Positions 29,534 to 32,000 of a stretch of 32,000 nucleotides of DNA are shown here, in pieces. A program made the position numbers and the translations under genes. Below the pieces are notes generated by a model. It had not been told where the DNA came from, made no database searches, and worked only from the letters and a program-made list of their open reading frames with translations. How positions within the stretch are numbered: the stretch's first letter is position 1; each line of letters starts with the position of its first letter. This stretch comes from Raphidiopsis brookii D9 (GTDB lineage: Bacteria; Cyanobacteriota; Cyanobacteriia; Cyanobacteriales; Nostocaceae): assembly GCA_000175855.1 (NCBI GenBank), contig ACYB01000035.1, positions 120,001 through 152,000 on the forward strand. Reading direction: 5' to 3'.

Positions 29534-32000
29534 ACCTCAATAATCTGGTATATTTTTAGGATAAATAAATATAAGTTTACCGGAGCTTGTTTAATTTTTT
29601 GTATTAACAAATCCACTTGTTGTCCCTTATTGCGGAACCATTCTGTTGACCAAATTCGATGAATAGTCCAACCCAGTCCTTCGAGAACTTTTTGTCTAAT
29701 ACGATCCCTATCTCGTGCTGTATGGGAACTGTGATAGGATGCACCATCGCACTCAATTCCCAATAGGAATTCTCCTGGAGAATCTTTGTGCGCAATAGCC
29801 AAATCAATTCGATAACCTGAACATCCGACTTGGGTACGGATTATATATTCCTGCAATGAGGAATGTCGGCTTATTGTTTCATATACATCTTCCTCAAATG
29901 GCGAATCAAATTTAAGTGTGTTGGTATAAGAATCACCCTGTAAACGCTCACCGCCAGTAGCAACATATTGTAAATAATCGCGCAGCATTCTGATACCTTC
30001 ACTTTCGGTACCAGCTAGGTCAATGTCACCTGCACCTATAGAAGATATTAAAACAATTTTGACTTTAGCCCGTGTAATAGCGACATTCAGCCTCCTTTCT
30101 CCACCTTTTTTGTTAAGCGGTCCAAAATTCAAAGTTAGTTTACCTTCACGATCGCGCCCATATCCAACACTAAGCAGAATTAGATCCCGCTCATCACCTT
30201 GTACATTTTCTAAAGCTTTGAGAAAAAACCGATCAGAGTCATCCCGACAAAAAGCTTCCAACTCGGGATTCTTTCTTACTAATATATCTATCTGTTCCTG
30301 AATGGCATTCTGTTGAGCTTGACTAAATGCGATAATCCCAAGGGACTGGTGAGAATTTTGTTCAAGATTTTTTCTAACATGTGCCAAGGTCAAATCAGCA
30401 ACAGTTTTTGCCTCAATTTGGTTATCTCTACGCCCACCGCGATCATAAATACCATCGGAGACGTACTCAAACCATACCCCCAACTCCTGATTTTGAATGG
30501 GGTTTGGAAATGTAACCAATTTTGAGTCATAAAAATGACGATTTGAAAAAGCAATTAATCTTTCATCTCGACTACGATAGTGCCACTTAAGTGTATATCC
30601 AAACATAAAGTTTGAACATTCATCTAAGACACTTTCATAATTTGCATCATCTTCATCATCTATATCTTCCTCATTCTCAACTCTGGAGAAAAAAGATGTT
30701 GGTGGAAGTTGCTTTCTATCGCCAATAACAATTACTTGATCGCAACGGATGATTGAAGAAACAACATCTTCAGTTCGCAGTTGTGAAGCTTCATCAAAAA
30801 TGAGAACGTCAAAGTGAATTGCACTAGGGTCAATGTACTTACTCACTGACAAAGGACTCATCATCCAGCAAGGCTTGAGGGTTGAAACCAGTTGTTTGAT
30901 ACCCTTTTCTTTGTCATTAAGAAGTTTACGAATCGGTAAGTGTTTCCGCTTTTTGGTTTCTTCTTTTCTCAATGTTCTCAACTCGGAACTACCATCTGTA
31001 GTTTCTTGAAACCTTTGCCACCTTTGTGCATGAATTTGTTTTAATCGTCGTTTAGCAATATCTAACTGACTATAGTCAAGTTCAGCAAAGTCTTTAATTT
31101 GCCGTTCATGCACATCAATTTTAAAGTTCTTCAACTCAGGTTTTTGAGCAAGAATGGAGTCAAGACAAGTTTGATAAATCAGTTTTTCCAGAGCTGTAAA
31201 CCAATAATTAGAATCGATCTTATTCCTACGCAAAGCATCCAAAAATTTCCTACATCCTAAATCTTCCAACTTTTGACAAGTTTCCTTGTAGGTCAGCCAC
31301 CCTTGCAGATCAGATAAACCAGAATGGGCAATATCCAAAAATTCTTTCAGTTTAGTAAGGGGGATTTTGTCGAAAGATAATCCGTCATCAGTGATATCAT
31401 TTTCCTGAAAATGCGACGATAAGAAATGAATTCCTTTCTCAATTTCCACAAAGTTTGATTCAAGCTTTTTAAGCAACTCCTGAACTTTACGTTTTCCTGA
31501 TGGAGAAACTAAAATGTTTTGGATATTTTCAACACAATCATCTAAAAAAGAATATTGCCGTAAATCAATTAACCAGCTTAAAGCCTCCTCAATAGTCCGT
31601 ACATCTGATTGTCTGGCAATTTCCGGATCGAACAGAGAACCAAAAGCTACACGAGCAGGGTAGTCACTTTGACTTAGCTTTATTCGAATATTTCTAACTT
31701 GCACTGCATGTGATAAATCTCGTTGTAATTCTAGATGAGAAACTGGGTGTTTTATAATTAATTTTTGTAAGTGCTGGCGATCTCTCCAATAGTTACGATT
31801 AAAAATACGAATCAGCCAGAAGCGGCTATAATTCTGATATCTTTGAGATAACTGAGGCAAATCTAGATCTGGAGAAAATAAGTCGGGAGAATATCTTTGT
31901 TTCAAGTGAGATTCAAAACTCTCAAGTACTTGAACATCATCTTTCAATTTTTTAATGGCATCTTCGGCATGGGAAATATTTATTTTAGACCAATTTTCTG
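29530..32000 (-). CDS. Superfamily 1 DNA/RNA helicase with C-terminal Vsr/MTES_1575-like (PD-(D/E)XK) nuclease domain, 5' end beyond the window
   Basis: Motif II/III region FDVLIFDEASQLRTEDVVSSIIRCDQVIVIGDRKQLPPTSFF, motif IV-like LGIIAFSQAQQ, motif V LENVQGDERDLILLSVGYG, motif VI RRLNVAITRAKVKI. Nuclease region: LLGIECDGASYHSSHTARDRDRIRQKVLEGLGWTIHRIWSTEWF. The ORF track starts at 31947, but the frame stays open to 32000 (NWSKINISHAEDAIKKLKDD...), and Walker A is not in the window. Confidence 0.9.
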   Translation of the reverse strand, partial: ENWSKINISHAEDAIKKLKDDVQVLESFESHLKQRYSPDLFSPDLDLPQLSQRYQNYSRFWLIRIFNRNYWRDRQHLQKLIIKHPVSHLELQRDLSHAVQVRNIRIKLSQSDYPARVAFGSLFDPEIARQSDVRTIEEALSWLIDLRQYSFLDDCVENIQNILVSPSGKRKVQELLKKLESNFVEIEKGIHFLSSHFQENDITDDGLSFDKIPLTKLKEFLDIAHSGLSDLQGWLTYKETCQKLEDLGCRKFLDALRRNKIDSNYWFTALEKLIYQTCLDSILAQKPELKNFKIDVHERQIKDFAELDYSQLDIAKRRLKQIHAQRWQRFQETTDGSSELRTLRKEETKKRKHLPIRKLLNDKEKGIKQLVSTLKPCWMMSPLSVSKYIDPSAIHFDVLIFDEASQLRTEDVVSSIIRCDQVIVIGDRKQLPPTSFFSRVENEEDIDDEDDANYESVLDECSNFMFGYTLKWHYRSRDERLIAFSNRHFYDSKLVTFPNPIQNQELGVWFEYVSDGIYDRGGRRDNQIEAKTVADLTLAHVRKNLEQNSHQSLGIIAFSQAQQNAIQEQIDILVRKNPELEAFCRDDSDRFFLKALENVQGDERDLILLSVGYGRDREGKLTLNFGPLNKKGGERRLNVAITRAKVKIVLISSIGAGDIDLAGTESEGIRMLRDYLQYVATGGERLQGDSYTNTLKFDSPFEEDVYETISRHSSLQEYIIRTQVGCSGYRIDLAIAHKDSPGEFLLGIECDGASYHSSHTARDRDRIRQKVLEGLGWTIHRIWSTEWFRNKGQQVDLLIQKIKQAPVNLYLFILKIYQIIEV

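Overview
AT-rich cyanobacterial chromosomal window. The GCGATCGC (HIP1) octamer is dense, and the family content fits the Nostocales, though I cannot name a species. Positions 1-25.7 kb are mostly housekeeping genes: biotin ligase, M23 peptidase, riboflavin synthase, DUF151 bifunctional nuclease, aldo/keto reductase with C-terminal Cys clusters, pdxH, AI-2E-type permease, scpA-like, NDP-sugar pyrophosphorylase, speA, ftsH, hyuA/hyuB-type 5-oxoprolinase, xth, a small zinc-ribbon protein, a folate/biopterin-type transporter, a carotenoid oxygenase, ftrC, DUF309, and an LPS-export block (LptA-like/LptB/LptF-G). Five conserved genes are each broken by a single-base indel in or next to a homopolymer. 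Restoring one base in each case rebuilds the expected protein. I also found an unannotated HlyD-like membrane-fusion-protein remnant at about 13.6-13.8 kb. The most interesting locus is 25.7-32.0 kb on the minus strand. There, a superfamily 1 helicase with a C-terminal Vsr/MTES_1575-like nuclease (5' end outside the window) overlaps, through an ATGA junction, a 1279-aa protein. That protein has an HsdR-type N-terminal (DUF4145-like) domain, 23 contiguous 34-aa TPR units, and a C-terminal formylglycine-generating-enzyme-like domain. It is a candidate two-gene conflict/defence system. No tRNA, rRNA, CRISPR array or complete transposon was recognised.
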